A stretch of DNA of 64,000 nt from Pedobacter sp. (GCA_050253415.1 JBFWJC010000002.1:96001-160000), one strand, 5' to 3'; counted from the stretch's first letter, positions 1 to 10,398 are shown. The notes: generated by a model from the letters alone, not told the origin. Numbers and translations: made by a program.

Positions 1-163
1 TACCGCGGGCGTTACGCGGTGCGGGTGGGTAAGATGTAGAGATCGTTTCATATCCAAGCTTTTAAGTGTTAAGCTGATGGCCATCCTATGAAGTTTTGCG
101 AATACATCATCCTTTGGCAAATGCTTGATGCTGTAAGCCGGCAACCTAAAGCAAAGGCGCATC

Positions 164-748
164 ATGTTTCTGAATGTCTATCTAAAACTGTTTGTCATCC
201 TGACACCGTTTTTCGTCATGTCGGCGTTTCTGTCCCTGACCCGGGGCTTTACCCCCACTGAGCGCAAGAAGGCGGCGGGCAAGGTGACGCTGGCTATCGT
301 TCTGTCGGTATTCACCATCTACCTGTTCGGCAGGCACATCTTCGCCCTGTTCGGGATTACCCTCGATGCTTTTCGCATCGGCGCCGGTGCGGTACTGTTC
401 CTGTCGGCCGTCAGCATGGTGCGCGGGCCGACCGCTGTAACACCGCCGTCGCCCGGCGAGGATGTGGCGGTGGTGCCGCTGGCCATCCCCATCGCTGTGG
501 GGCCGGGGACCATCGGTGCCCTGCTGGTCATGGCGGCGGAGCCCAAGAGCCTGGCGGCGCGGTTGGTGACGGCCGGGGCCATGCTGGCCGCCATCGCCAC
601 CGTCGGCCTGTTGCTGAGCGTGGCCGGCCGTCTGGAAAAGGTGGTGGGGCACCAGGGTCTGACCATCCTGACCAAATTGACCGGGCTGTTCGTATCGGCC
701 ATTGCGGCGCAGATCTTCTTTACCGGTTTGAAAAACTTCCTGGCCTGA
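164..748 (+). CDS. MarC family membrane protein
   Basis: Hydrophobic 194 aa ORF with MarC motifs (FGITLDAFRIGAG, VAVVPLAIPIAVGPGTI). Confidence 0.9.
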   Translation: MFLNVYLKLFVILTPFFVMSAFLSLTRGFTPTERKKAAGKVTLAIVLSVFTIYLFGRHIFALFGITLDAFRIGAGAVLFLSAVSMVRGPTAVTPPSPGEDVAVVPLAIPIAVGPGTIGALLVMAAEPKSLAARLVTAGAMLAAIATVGLLLSVAGRLEKVVGHQGLTILTKLTGLFVSAIAAQIFFTGLKNFLA

Positions 749-777
749 CGGGCCTTTCCTGAACAAGGATATCTTCC

Positions 778-1440
778 ATGACCATGCAGAAACAGCGCGA
801 AGCCATCGTCCGCTACGGGCGTAAAATGATCACCTCCCAGCTGACCACCGGTGCGGGCGGCAACCTGAGTATTCTGGACCGCGCCAGCGGCCAGGTCGCC
901 ATCAGCCCCAGCGGCATCGAGTATTTCGATCTGCAGCCGCAGGATGTGGTCATCACCGATCTTGACGGACAGGTTCTGGATGGCCAATACAAGCCCTCCA
1001 GCGAGCTCGGTTTTCATCTGGCCCTGTACCGTCAGCGTCCGGATGTGAACGCCGTGCTGCATACCCACTCGGTGTACGCCACCACCATGGCCTGCCTCGG
1101 GTGGGAGATCCCGGCGGTGCATTATCTGGTGGGTTTCTCCGGCCACAAGGTGCCGCTGGCCCCTTATGCCACCTTCGGCACCGAGGAACTGGCCCGCAAC
1201 GTGGCAGACGGCATCGGCGCTTACAACGCCGTGCTGCTGGCCAACCACGGCCTGGTGGCTGTCGGCAGTGACCTGAGCCGGGCGTTTAATACCGCCGAGG
1301 AGATCGAGCTGGTGGCGCGTATCTACTATCAGACCAAGTCGGTGGGCAACCCGGTGATCCTGCCGGAGACTGAAATGGAGCGGGTGCTGGAAAAATTCGC
1401 CACCTACGGACAATCTCCCAAGGAAGACGGCGATGTTTGA
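778..1440 (+). CDS. Class II aldolase (FucA/Ald2/MtnB family)
   Basis: GNLS, SPSG, PSSE, HTHS and LLANHG metal-binding motifs. Confidence 0.9.
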   Translation: MTMQKQREAIVRYGRKMITSQLTTGAGGNLSILDRASGQVAISPSGIEYFDLQPQDVVITDLDGQVLDGQYKPSSELGFHLALYRQRPDVNAVLHTHSVYATTMACLGWEIPAVHYLVGFSGHKVPLAPYATFGTEELARNVADGIGAYNAVLLANHGLVAVGSDLSRAFNTAEEIELVARIYYQTKSVGNPVILPETEMERVLEKFATYGQSPKEDGDV

Positions 1441-2578
1441 TTTCGACCGCATCATCGACCGCAGCGGTACCGGCTCCCTCAAGTGGGATCGTTACGCCGG
1501 TCGCGACGTGCTGCCCCTGTGGGTGGCGGATATGGATTTTCCCGCGCCGCCGGCGGTGGTCGCCGCCCTGCAGCAGCGTGTTGGCCACGGCGTGTTCGGC
1601 TACACCCATGTCTCCGACGAGCTGGTCGAAGTGATCCTGGCACGGCTTTGGGATCGTTATAAGTGGCGGGTGAAAGCCGAGGCGCTGGTCTGGTTGCCAG
1701 GCCTGGTGGTGGGCCTCAACGTGGCCTGCCGGGCGGTGGGCGGCAGGGGCAGCGAAGTGCTGACCATGACCCCCATCTATCCGCCGTTTCTGTCCGCGCC
1801 GGGCTTGTCGGAACGCACCCTGGTGACCATCCCCATGGTTCAGGAGGGGGCGCAGTGGCTCATCGATTTCGACGCCATGGAAAAGGCCGTGACCCCGGCA
1901 GCCCGTTTGCTGTTGCTGTGCAGCCCGCAGAACCCCACCGGCCGGGTGTTTACCCGCAAGGAACTGGAACAGCTGGCCGATTTCTGCCAGCGCCACAATC
2001 TGGTGCTCTGTTCCGATGAAATCCATTGCGACCTGGTGCTGGAACCGGGCATCGAGCATATCCCCACGGCGTCCCTCGATGCCGAGGTGGCAGCCCGCAC
2101 CATTACCCTCATGGCGCCGAGCAAAACCTTCAATCTGCCGGGATTGAACTGCGCCTTCGCCATTATCCCCGACGCCGGGCTGCGTGGACGCTTTCAGCGT
2201 GCCATGGCCGGCATCGTGCCCTATGTCAACCTGCTTGGTTACGTCGGTGCCCTGGCCGCATATCGCGACAGCGGCGACTGGCACGCCGCGCTGCTCGACT
2301 ACCTGCGCGGCAATCGCGATCTGGTACTCGAGGCCGTGGCGGATATGCCGGGGCTCAGCGCCACCCATGGCGAGGCGACCTATCTCACCTGGATCGACGC
2401 CCGTGGCACCGGCCTTGATGATCCGGCAGGCTTTTTCGAAAAGGCCGGGGTGGGGCTGTCCGACGGGCGGGAATTCGGTTTGCCCGGGTTTGTGCGGCTG
2501 AATTACGGTTGTCCGAGGGTGGTGTTGCAGCAGGCGTTGGAGCGGATGCGCAAGGCGTTGGTGACAAGTGACTGGTGA
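1433..2578 (+). CDS. MalY/PatB family PLP-dependent C-S lyase/aminotransferase
   Basis: SLKW, WVADMDF, SDEIH and SKTFN (PLP lysine) motifs; overlaps the upstream stop. Confidence 0.92.
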   Translation: MFDFDRIIDRSGTGSLKWDRYAGRDVLPLWVADMDFPAPPAVVAALQQRVGHGVFGYTHVSDELVEVILARLWDRYKWRVKAEALVWLPGLVVGLNVACRAVGGRGSEVLTMTPIYPPFLSAPGLSERTLVTIPMVQEGAQWLIDFDAMEKAVTPAARLLLLCSPQNPTGRVFTRKELEQLADFCQRHNLVLCSDEIHCDLVLEPGIEHIPTASLDAEVAARTITLMAPSKTFNLPGLNCAFAIIPDAGLRGRFQRAMAGIVPYVNLLGYVGALAAYRDSGDWHAALLDYLRGNRDLVLEAVADMPGLSATHGEATYLTWIDARGTGLDDPAGFFEKAGVGLSDGREFGLPGFVRLNYGCPRVVLQQALERMRKALVTSDW

Positions 2579-2693
2579 CTGGTGACTGGTGACTGGTGAC
2601 TGGTGACTGGTGACTGGTGACTGGTGACTGGTGACTGGTGACTGGTGACTGGTGACTGGTGACTGGTGACTGGTGACTGGTGACTGGTGACTG
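2568..2693. repeat. Heptamer tandem repeat (GTGACTG)x18
   Basis: Counted directly; it supplies the stop codon of the PatB gene. Confidence 0.97.
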
Positions 2694-2739
2694 GCCTGAG
2701 CTTTGAGCTGTTCGGCCCTGATAACCTAAACCGGCGGGA

Positions 2740-3280
2740 CGCGCCCCGCCAGGCGCCTTACTTTTTGTCCAAGCCAACAAAAAGTAAGCAAAAAAATGGC
2801 TCCCCTGCGGGGGGCTTGGTGTCGCTGAGGGGTGAGTTGGCTAACTGCGGTTGTGTTTTGCGGCCTCGTCGTGGATTCTTTCGGCTCCCTCCTCTTTTGA
2901 GGGATGGGTGGTGGTTACGATGGGCTGGTTCTTTTGCGAGGCGGGCGTCAAAGGGCAGTTGGTGTGAAAAACTGAACTAAACCATAAGCCTGGCCTGGTT
3001 GCCGGTGTTTTAACAGTGTAGCGCCGGTGTTGTCTTTGTCGTTGCCTTTTGCCCCCCCTGTGACGCAGCCGGAGCGGAGCAATTGACGGGCGAAACAGGC
3101 GGAAGACTGAGCGCAGCGAATCTCTTCCTGCCCGCCCGGCGGGGGCGTGACCCCGCGGTCTTGAGGTTGATTTTTTGGGTTAAAAGCTTAAACCGTAACT
3201 TCAAGTTCGCCGGTCCCGGCCGGCAGCCGGGTTACTTTCTTTACCCGTCCAAAGAAAGTAACCAAAGAAAGACGTAGGGT
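2740..3280. repeat. Intergenic palindromic repeat cluster (TTACTTT..AAAGTAA hairpin family)
   Basis: Two related hairpins: ttactttttg..caaaaagtaa (~2758-2788) and gttactttcttt..aaagaaagtaac (~3231-3262). Confidence 0.7.
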
Positions 3281-3591
3281 CTGGCTTCGCCGTTATGTCT
3301 GGCGCGAAGTTTTTTGCGTCAAACCACTGTGGTAGCGATTGAAAGACGGTGCGTCTCCGTTCGGCTTCTTTGCCCAGCGGTTGCGGTTCGCGCAGATCGT
3401 AGCGCAGCTGTTGCAGGCACCGGCAGTGCTGGATTTTATAATCGTCTTTGCCTGCTTTTTTTATCTGTCATGACAATAAGTTAGCATGCCTCCGGGAGTG
3501 CTGGACTATTCATGGCCTTTTATAATAATCGATTGTCCTGCTTGGGGGATGATTTAGCCCCCGGATACCCATACGAAACGGATTAAATTTC

Positions 3592-4710
3592 ATGCCCCTT
3601 TACCGCGAAGCCATCAGCGACCTGATCGTTAACCTTCCACGTCGCGATCTGCGCACCATGATCCGCACCGTGCGGGCTCTGTACCGCCTCAGCGGTTTAT
3701 CTGCCTATCGTGAAATGGTGCTGCCCCAACTGCCCGAAGCGGCTCGTTTCGATCCGGGGCACGATGCGGTGATGATGGGGTACGATTTTCATCTGACCGA
3801 GGACGGGCCGCGCCTTATCGAAGTCAATACCAACGCCGGGGGAGCTTTGCTTTCCTATCTGGCGCGCTACCCGGATGAAGCTACGGCGCGTGCTGCCATG
3901 AGCGAAAAACTCAAAAAGGCTTTTCTGGAACCTTTTGCCGAGGAGATGAAGGCGTTTTCCCATGGCCGGCAAGACCGGCCCCGGCATATCGCGATTGTCG
4001 ATGAAAAGCCCGAGGAACAGTTCCTGTACCATGAAATGGAGGCGTTCGCCGGATTGTTCCGCGAATGGGGTGCCACGGCGCAAGTGATTGATCCGGGCGA
4101 ATTGCAGGCTGGTGCCGATGGGGTGGCGCTGAATGGCGAAGCTGTCGATCTGGTTTATAACCGGCATTGCGATTTTTATCTCGAAGAGCCCGTTATGGCC
4201 GGTATCCGCGCGGCATACCTGTCGGGCAACGTCTGTCTGACGCCCAACCCCTTTGCCTACGGTTTGCTGGGAGATAAAAGGCGCATGGTGCTGTGGTCCG
4301 ATGCCGATGCCCTTGCCGATCTGGGCGTGGAGCAGGAGGATAGTGACTTGCTGCAGCAGGTGGTGCCGGTCAGCCGTGTGTTGCGCACGCAAGATCCCGA
4401 TGAACTATGGAAAGATCGGCGCAACTGGGTATTCAAGCCCGTCGACCGGTTCGGCAGCCGCGGGGTGCTGGTCGGGGAAAAGATTTCGCGTAAGCGTTTC
4501 GATGAACTCGATCCCGCCACCACGCTGGTACAGCAATTGGTCGCTCCCTCACTGACCCCGGCAGCGGCGGATGAAAAACCGATGAAAACCGACCTGCGGC
4601 TGTTCGTGTACCGGGATCGCATCCTTGGGATCGGTGCCCGTTTGTATCGCGGGCAGGTGACCAATCTGCGCACGGAAGGCGGAGGGTTTGCGCGGGTAAA
4701 GGTGGGTTGA
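3592..4710 (+). CDS. Circularly permuted ATP-grasp (glutathionylspermidine synthase-like) protein
   Basis: GYDFHL, LIEVNTNAGG, VFKPVDRFGSRGV, QQLV, DLRLF and TNLRTEGGG motifs. Confidence 0.8.
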   Translation: MPLYREAISDLIVNLPRRDLRTMIRTVRALYRLSGLSAYREMVLPQLPEAARFDPGHDAVMMGYDFHLTEDGPRLIEVNTNAGGALLSYLARYPDEATARAAMSEKLKKAFLEPFAEEMKAFSHGRQDRPRHIAIVDEKPEEQFLYHEMEAFAGLFREWGATAQVIDPGELQAGADGVALNGEAVDLVYNRHCDFYLEEPVMAGIRAAYLSGNVCLTPNPFAYGLLGDKRRMVLWSDADALADLGVEQEDSDLLQQVVPVSRVLRTQDPDELWKDRRNWVFKPVDRFGSRGVLVGEKISRKRFDELDPATTLVQQLVAPSLTPAAADEKPMKTDLRLFVYRDRILGIGARLYRGQVTNLRTEGGGFARVKVG

Positions 4711-5091
4711 GGGGGGATACACCCCTATAGTATGTCGAGATCCTGAAAACCGTGGTGAATCATCATCACCAGCTTTTGAAAATAGGCAACATTCGTCCCT
4801 TTTTCTATATATTTTATGTTTCTGGTTTTTTTTAGTCCCTATCCCTGAATGTTCGATTGACAAGTGCTTTCCTTTGATGGATATTTAAAATTCCTAATCA
4901 TGCTTATTCATGAAACCATGTCTATTAGTTTGATACTCATAAGTATAGGCCAAATATGAAGAATCGCTGCAGGGGGGCTTACAGTCCGTCAAAGCCAGTA
5001 TAAATTCTCAATCGCCCATTGTGGTATCGTTCCATTATGCTCCGAGAGGGATAAATAGATTTGGTAAAGATGATCATCGACATCGCGTTAA

Positions 5092-5131
5092 AGCCGTTCT
5101 ATTCAGCAGATGCTGATAGCGCGGTTTTTTT
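5092..5131 (+). terminator. Terminator-like hairpin in the leader of the sensor kinase gene
   Basis: gccg..ctattcagc-agat-gctgatag..cgg followed by a T run, ~35 nt before the ATG. Confidence 0.45.
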
Positions 5132-5164
5132 GTTTGTGTCTCATGCCGACTCACGAGGTGCACG

Positions 5165-8077
5165 ATGATCAGGATTCTTTTCATCCTTGGCATTTGTTTG
5201 GCGTTATCAGGCCCGGCGCCGGGCGGAGCTTATTCCATAACAACAAAACCGAAGCTCATCGTCGGTGGCGACCGTAATTGTCCTCCCTACGAGTTTTATG
5301 AAAACGGGAAACCGACCGGTTTTGACATTGAGTTGATGCAGGCGGTGGCCGATGTCATGGGTTTCGAAGTGGAATTCAGGCTCGGTCCCTGGGTGGATGT
5401 CCGTCAAGGTCTGGATCAGGGCGCTGTCGATGCGATTGCCGGCATGTTTTATTCCGTGGATCGGAGCAGTCTGGTCGATTTTTCTGTGCCGCACACCATG
5501 GTTACTTCCGGCATATTCGTGCGCAAGGGGTCTCCGATACGTTCCTATGCGGATATTCAGGGCAAGGAAGTCATTGTCCAGCAAGGGGACATTATCCACG
5601 ATTCCCTGGGACGCAACGGCCTCGCTTCGCGCATCGTGACAGTGACGGATGTCGGGCAGGCGGTTAAGCTTCTTGCCTCCGGAAAACATGATTGTGCCAT
5701 CTTAACGTCCAGGCTGCAGGGCGAGCATTTTATTAAAACTTTCAGGTTGTCCAATCTCAGGGTTATCAACACCGACCAGCCTCAATTGCAGTACTGTTTC
5801 GCGGTGCGCAAAGACAACCAGCAACTGCTGTATAAACTCGATGAAGGGCTGAAAATCCTCAAAGTCAACGGCAAGTACCGGGAGATCTATGAAAAATGGT
5901 TCGGCGTATATGAAAGAGAGAATCTGTGGAAAATCGCAAAAGGCTATGTCTTTGCAGCGTTAGCGGTCTTTGCGTCCCTTTTTGCGGCTGGCTTCGCGTG
6001 GTCCCGGTCTTTACGCAAACAGGTCGGCATACGAACCGCGGAATTACGTGAGAGTGAGGAAAAATTCCGGATTTTAGCTGAGACGATTCCTTCCGCGATT
6101 ATTGTTTATCAGGAAGACAGGTTTGTTTATGTCAATCCTGCCGTTATTCAGGCTACCGGGTATTCGGAGCAGGAATGCATGCAGATGAAGTTCTGGGACC
6201 TGGCGAGCGACAATTTCAAGGAGTTGGTAAAAAGTCGCGGGCTGGCCCGGCAGCGGGGTGAAAAGATTCCTTCGCAGTACGAGTACCAGTGGGTTACGAA
6301 ATCCGGAGAGAAGAAGTGGGCTTTTATCTCGAGCGCCCGCATCGAATATAAGGGAAATCCTGCCGGTATTGCGATGTTGATCGACATTACCGATCGCAAA
6401 TATATCGAAGAAGAGCTGCATCGGGCGCATGCCGAATTGGAAATACGGGTAAAGGAGCGAACCGATGAGCTGGCCAGGGCGACGGAAGCCTTGATGGCTT
6501 CTGAAAAGGAAAAATCGCTCATTTTGAACATAACGGATGATGTCCTCCTATTTTTCGATCCCGACATGAAAATTCTGTGGGCCAATAAGGCCGCCGCCGG
6601 TTCTGTGGATATGACCTATGAAGAGCTGCGGGAGCGGCGCTGCTGGGAAGCATGGCATCAGCGCCAGGAGCCTTGTGTCGGGTGTCCGGTGCTGTTGGTC
6701 AGGGATACCGGGCAGCCGCAGGAAGCGGAAATGCATGCCCCTGACGAAAGAGTTTGGCATATTCGCGCCTATCCCGTTAAAGACGAAGCGGGGCGGCTTA
6801 TTGGCATGGTCGACTTTGCGCAAGACATCACTGATCGAAAGCAGATGGAAGAGGCGTTGCGGCAGGCCAACCTTGTTGTGGAAAACAGTCCGGTGGTGCT
6901 GTTCCGTTGGAAGGGTGACGATAAGTGGCCCGTTGAGATGGTTTCCGGCAATATTATACAGTTCGGTTATTCTCCCGATGAATTTCTCTCCGGCTCCATC
7001 ACCTATTCATCTATCATACTCCCTGACGATTTGGAACGTGTGACCAGGGAGCTTCACGCTTGGTGCCATAAAGGGGTGGACCAGTTCTGCCTGGAATACC
7101 GAATCTTGACCAAGGATGGTGATATCCGCTGGGTGAACAAGCACGCCAACATCGAAAGGGATGTCGCGGGAGGCGTAAAAAACTTCGAGGGGATCGTCAT
7201 CGATATTACCGAGCGCAAATTGGCCGAAGAAGAACTCGAGAGAAAGAAGAGTCGATTACAGGAACTAAACAGCACTCTGGAGAATCGCGTTCAGGAAGAG
7301 GTTGGAAAAAACCGGGAAAAGGACATCCTGCTGATTCAGCAGAACCGTCAGGCTGCAATGGGCGACCTGCTGGAGCATATCGCGCATCAATGGAAACAAC
7401 CGCTGACCGTTGTTTCCCTCATCATTCAGAGTCTGTGGTTTTCATTTTCCAAAAACGAGCTGACGGCCGCCACCATCCAGGAAACCATCAACACAACGAC
7501 CGATTTGCTGGAACATATGGCACAGACCATAGAAGTTTTCAGAGATTTTTACAGGCCGGACAAGGAAAAAACCGTATTCAGTATTAACGATTCCGTCGAC
7601 AACGCTTTGGCTTTTATTTCACCGGCGTTGAAGCATGACTCCATTGCCGTTGATGTGGATATCGATCCAGACCTCCTGGCGATAGGCTATCCGCGCGAAT
7701 ATATACAGGTGCTTCTCAATGTATTGTCCAATGCCAGGGAAGAATTAATAGAAAAAAAACCTGAAGACCCGAAGATAACGATAAGGGGTGTTGCTGAGGG
7801 AACCCAAGCCGTTGTTACGATAACCGACAATGCGGGGGGGATATCAGATTCGGTTATTCATAGCATTTTTGATCTGTATGTCACAACCAGGGAGGCGAAA
7901 GGTGGTACAGGTATCGGCCTCCACATGTCGAAAAATATCATCGAAAAAAATATGGACGGGTCATTGACCGCCCACAACACGGACTCCGGCGCTCAATTCA
8001 GGATAGCCATCAACATGCCAGAATGGAGTGCATCAGCGGGGACGGATAGACAGCATGGGGCAGCTCTCCTCAAATAA
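5165..8077 (+). CDS. Sensor histidine kinase (periplasmic SBP family 3 domain, TM, multiple PAS, HisKA/HATPase)
   Basis: CPPYEF/GFDIEL SBP motifs; three PAS/PAC ends (DITDRK, DITERK); IAHQWKQPL H-box; DNAGGI and GTGIGL boxes. Confidence 0.92.
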   Translation: MIRILFILGICLALSGPAPGGAYSITTKPKLIVGGDRNCPPYEFYENGKPTGFDIELMQAVADVMGFEVEFRLGPWVDVRQGLDQGAVDAIAGMFYSVDRSSLVDFSVPHTMVTSGIFVRKGSPIRSYADIQGKEVIVQQGDIIHDSLGRNGLASRIVTVTDVGQAVKLLASGKHDCAILTSRLQGEHFIKTFRLSNLRVINTDQPQLQYCFAVRKDNQQLLYKLDEGLKILKVNGKYREIYEKWFGVYERENLWKIAKGYVFAALAVFASLFAAGFAWSRSLRKQVGIRTAELRESEEKFRILAETIPSAIIVYQEDRFVYVNPAVIQATGYSEQECMQMKFWDLASDNFKELVKSRGLARQRGEKIPSQYEYQWVTKSGEKKWAFISSARIEYKGNPAGIAMLIDITDRKYIEEELHRAHAELEIRVKERTDELARATEALMASEKEKSLILNITDDVLLFFDPDMKILWANKAAAGSVDMTYEELRERRCWEAWHQRQEPCVGCPVLLVRDTGQPQEAEMHAPDERVWHIRAYPVKDEAGRLIGMVDFAQDITDRKQMEEALRQANLVVENSPVVLFRWKGDDKWPVEMVSGNIIQFGYSPDEFLSGSITYSSIILPDDLERVTRELHAWCHKGVDQFCLEYRILTKDGDIRWVNKHANIERDVAGGVKNFEGIVIDITERKLAEEELERKKSRLQELNSTLENRVQEEVGKNREKDILLIQQNRQAAMGDLLEHIAHQWKQPLTVVSLIIQSLWFSFSKNELTAATIQETINTTTDLLEHMAQTIEVFRDFYRPDKEKTVFSINDSVDNALAFISPALKHDSIAVDVDIDPDLLAIGYPREYIQVLLNVLSNAREELIEKKPEDPKITIRGVAEGTQAVVTITDNAGGISDSVIHSIFDLYVTTREAKGGTGIGLHMSKNIIEKNMDGSLTAHNTDSGAQFRIAINMPEWSASAGTDRQHGAALLK

Positions 8078-8533
8078 CTGAAGAAGCTCGGTTTTGATGG
8101 CGTCTCGGGTCTCCCGGAACGCCGCCATGACCTGACCTTCATCGCCGTTTGCATGTTCCGGATCCGGAAAACCAAGCAGATACAGCCGCTTTCCCCCATG
8201 ACTTGTGTGTTCCAGGTGAGGACATTCCTTGCCGCAGCGGCCACAGTAGCTGATGGCACCATGGACGTCGCACTTGTCCTCTTCCTTTTCCAACAGAGTG
8301 ATGACGTAGTCGAAGCTCTCCTCCTCAAAATCATCCACGTCCTTGGAATTTTGGCTGGAGATATCGATACCGATCTCTGCCATGACCGCCAGGGCCTTCC
8401 GGTTGACGGAAGTGGGTTCGGTTCCGGCTGAAAAGGCCATAACCTGGTCACCCAGGTAGTGGTTGATCAGTCCCTCGGCCATTTGGGAGCGGCAGGCGTT
8501 GTGGGTACTCTGGAATAGGACTCGGGTTTTCAT
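8033..8533 (-). CDS. ArsC/low-molecular-weight PTP family protein (first P-loop Cys replaced)
   Basis: VLFQSTHNACRSQMAEG, FSAGTEP, FDYVITL and FPDP motifs; the usual CxxNxxRS reads SxxNxCRS. Confidence 0.8.
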   Translation of the reverse strand: MKTRVLFQSTHNACRSQMAEGLINHYLGDQVMAFSAGTEPTSVNRKALAVMAEIGIDISSQNSKDVDDFEEESFDYVITLLEKEEDKCDVHGAISYCGRCGKECPHLEHTSHGGKRLYLLGFPDPEHANGDEGQVMAAFRETRDAIKTELLQLFEESCPMLSIRPR

Positions 8534-8624
8534 AACGTAATAATCCCGTTAAACAGCAGCGACGTTGCTTTTTTAGCATGCCCCCACCGTGTGCTTGATA
8601 GACAAGAGTATAAACTCTTGGACT

Positions 8625-10370
8625 TTAACTCTCCAGGCCTTTGCGCATAATCTGATGTCTCTGCCAATAGCGCCCCAGGGCGTCTTTGAGCTGCGACCGT
8701 TGTTTTCTGATTCCCGGCAGTTTTATCTTGGTGGTCTTGGCACCGAGCAACCCTTTTTCCGGGTGAATTATCTGGAGGATATCGCTACCGAAAGCATCTT
8801 CGTATTTCATGTTGGTCACGCTATCCCACGATAGAAGTTCATTTTCTTTTGGCAGGATCAGGCCCTTGTAACTTATGGTAATTCGCTTCCCGCCACGAAG
8901 CCCGAACTCCAGCGGCGGAAAATATTTGAGCACAATTTCTTCCTCGGATTCGTTCGCCGGCAGGAAACAATAGGCCAGTTTTTCCTCATGCGCCGAGGCA
9001 AAGCGGTTTTCGTAAAGCGCCCACAAAGCTTGTTCGATGTTGTCAGCGTTGGGAACATCGGGTATCCATGTGGTGTTTGCCGGCTGGGTAACGATCTGGC
9101 TGTAGTCTTGTTCGTTCACTTCAAAGCCAACGTTACGCATGCGTTCTCGCAGCGCAGGGTGAGAGTCGAAGGGGTGGGGGATGCTGGACTCACGCATCTC
9201 GTCGAGGAACTGCGCGGAAGCGGCATAGGGCGCTAAACCGGTAGCTATGCGATCGGCAATCTTGAGTTGGGACTCATGCCGATCTTCTTTGGCAAATAGT
9301 TTTTCCTCAATGACGTCACGGTAACGGGCGTAGCCGCTGATTTTGATCAAGGAGCGAACGAGCCCCTGTGCCGAAACCAAGGTGGCGGCAACATGGTCGG
9401 CAAGAAACTCGCGAGCGCGGCTATCGCGCTTGAGTGCAAACTCGAAGATCACCCGATACAGGCGAAGTACGTAGAAAGCAAGGATGGTGGCGCTTGCCGA
9501 GTACATCAAGGCACAATAAAAATCGTATTGGGCGAGTTTGGGGCCAAGCAGCGCGCTACTGGCTGTATCCCCGCCACGGAAGTGTGCCAATTCGTGCATG
9601 AGCACTGCATCGGCCTCACCGCGGTCGAGCAGGCGCAGCAAGGGTAAACTGACAAACAACGAGCGTCCGCTCAAAGTCCTGTCTTTGATACACAGCGGTG
9701 CTTCTGTGACGAAAAAATTCGTGTCGATACCCGCGACGATATTATCCGGAGGCGCTGTCCCGGCTTTTGCGGCCAGCTCGCGAACATGCGTCCAGATTGG
9801 CGAGGCATTACTTTCGTCGATCAATTCACCATCCAGGTTTGTAGCCTGGGGCACCTGTTTAAAAATGCAGACAACGGCGTGAAACACGCCCATGGCTGAG
9901 ATGATGGCGGCAATCCCGATCAGTTTCAGAAAATAGACCTTGAAAAAGAAAGCGGTAAGCCAAAAGGCCAACCAGACCAGCAACGCACCCTGTACAACGA
10001 TTTCGATAGCGCAGAACACCGTCAATAATCGCCACCCGGTCACGAAACTCAGATACTGCGTTCGGCGATTGGCAAACGCGGCGGCACCAAGAGAGCAGAT
10101 CGCTAGCAGCATGACAACCCCGGCAATCAAGATCGTCGTAGAGAGCTTGCCGGTGACCTGAAACTGCCACAAAGGCGAGAACGGCCTGGCGGCTATGTCG
10201 GTTGCCCCCGGAGGCAGGGCATAGCATACGAAGGACCATGCTATGAGAGGTACAAGGAACAGAGCCATCAAGGCTGATATGACGATCTTGATTAAATCTT
10301 TGCGCAGAGGGGCGGTGATGGACATGGCAAGGCTTCTCCCGTTTTTCGAGTTCTCTGGCTTCGTATTCAA
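8625..10370 (-). CDS. M48 family zinc metallopeptidase (membrane)
   Basis: HELAH zinc motif, REFLAD and DSHP motifs, N-terminal TM helices; start may be the ATG at 10325. Confidence 0.85.
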   Translation of the reverse strand: MNTKPENSKNGRSLAMSITAPLRKDLIKIVISALMALFLVPLIAWSFVCYALPPGATDIAARPFSPLWQFQVTGKLSTTILIAGVVMLLAICSLGAAAFANRRTQYLSFVTGWRLLTVFCAIEIVVQGALLVWLAFWLTAFFFKVYFLKLIGIAAIISAMGVFHAVVCIFKQVPQATNLDGELIDESNASPIWTHVRELAAKAGTAPPDNIVAGIDTNFFVTEAPLCIKDRTLSGRSLFVSLPLLRLLDRGEADAVLMHELAHFRGGDTASSALLGPKLAQYDFYCALMYSASATILAFYVLRLYRVIFEFALKRDSRAREFLADHVAATLVSAQGLVRSLIKISGYARYRDVIEEKLFAKEDRHESQLKIADRIATGLAPYAASAQFLDEMRESSIPHPFDSHPALRERMRNVGFEVNEQDYSQIVTQPANTTWIPDVPNADNIEQALWALYENRFASAHEEKLAYCFLPANESEEEIVLKYFPPLEFGLRGGKRITISYKGLILPKENELLSWDSVTNMKYEDAFGSDILQIIHPEKGLLGAKTTKIKLPGIRKQRSQLKDALGRYWQRHQIMRKGLES

Positions 10371-10398
10371 TGCTTGTTTTCTGGGGAAATTTAAAACT

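Noticed and set aside
2568..2693. Possible CRISPR array (also 55852-55935)
   Set aside because: Uninterrupted 7-bp tandem repeats with no spacers and no cas genes.
2385..2780. ORF with SHQSPVT repeats
   Set aside because: Translation artefact of the heptamer tract, antisense to patB.
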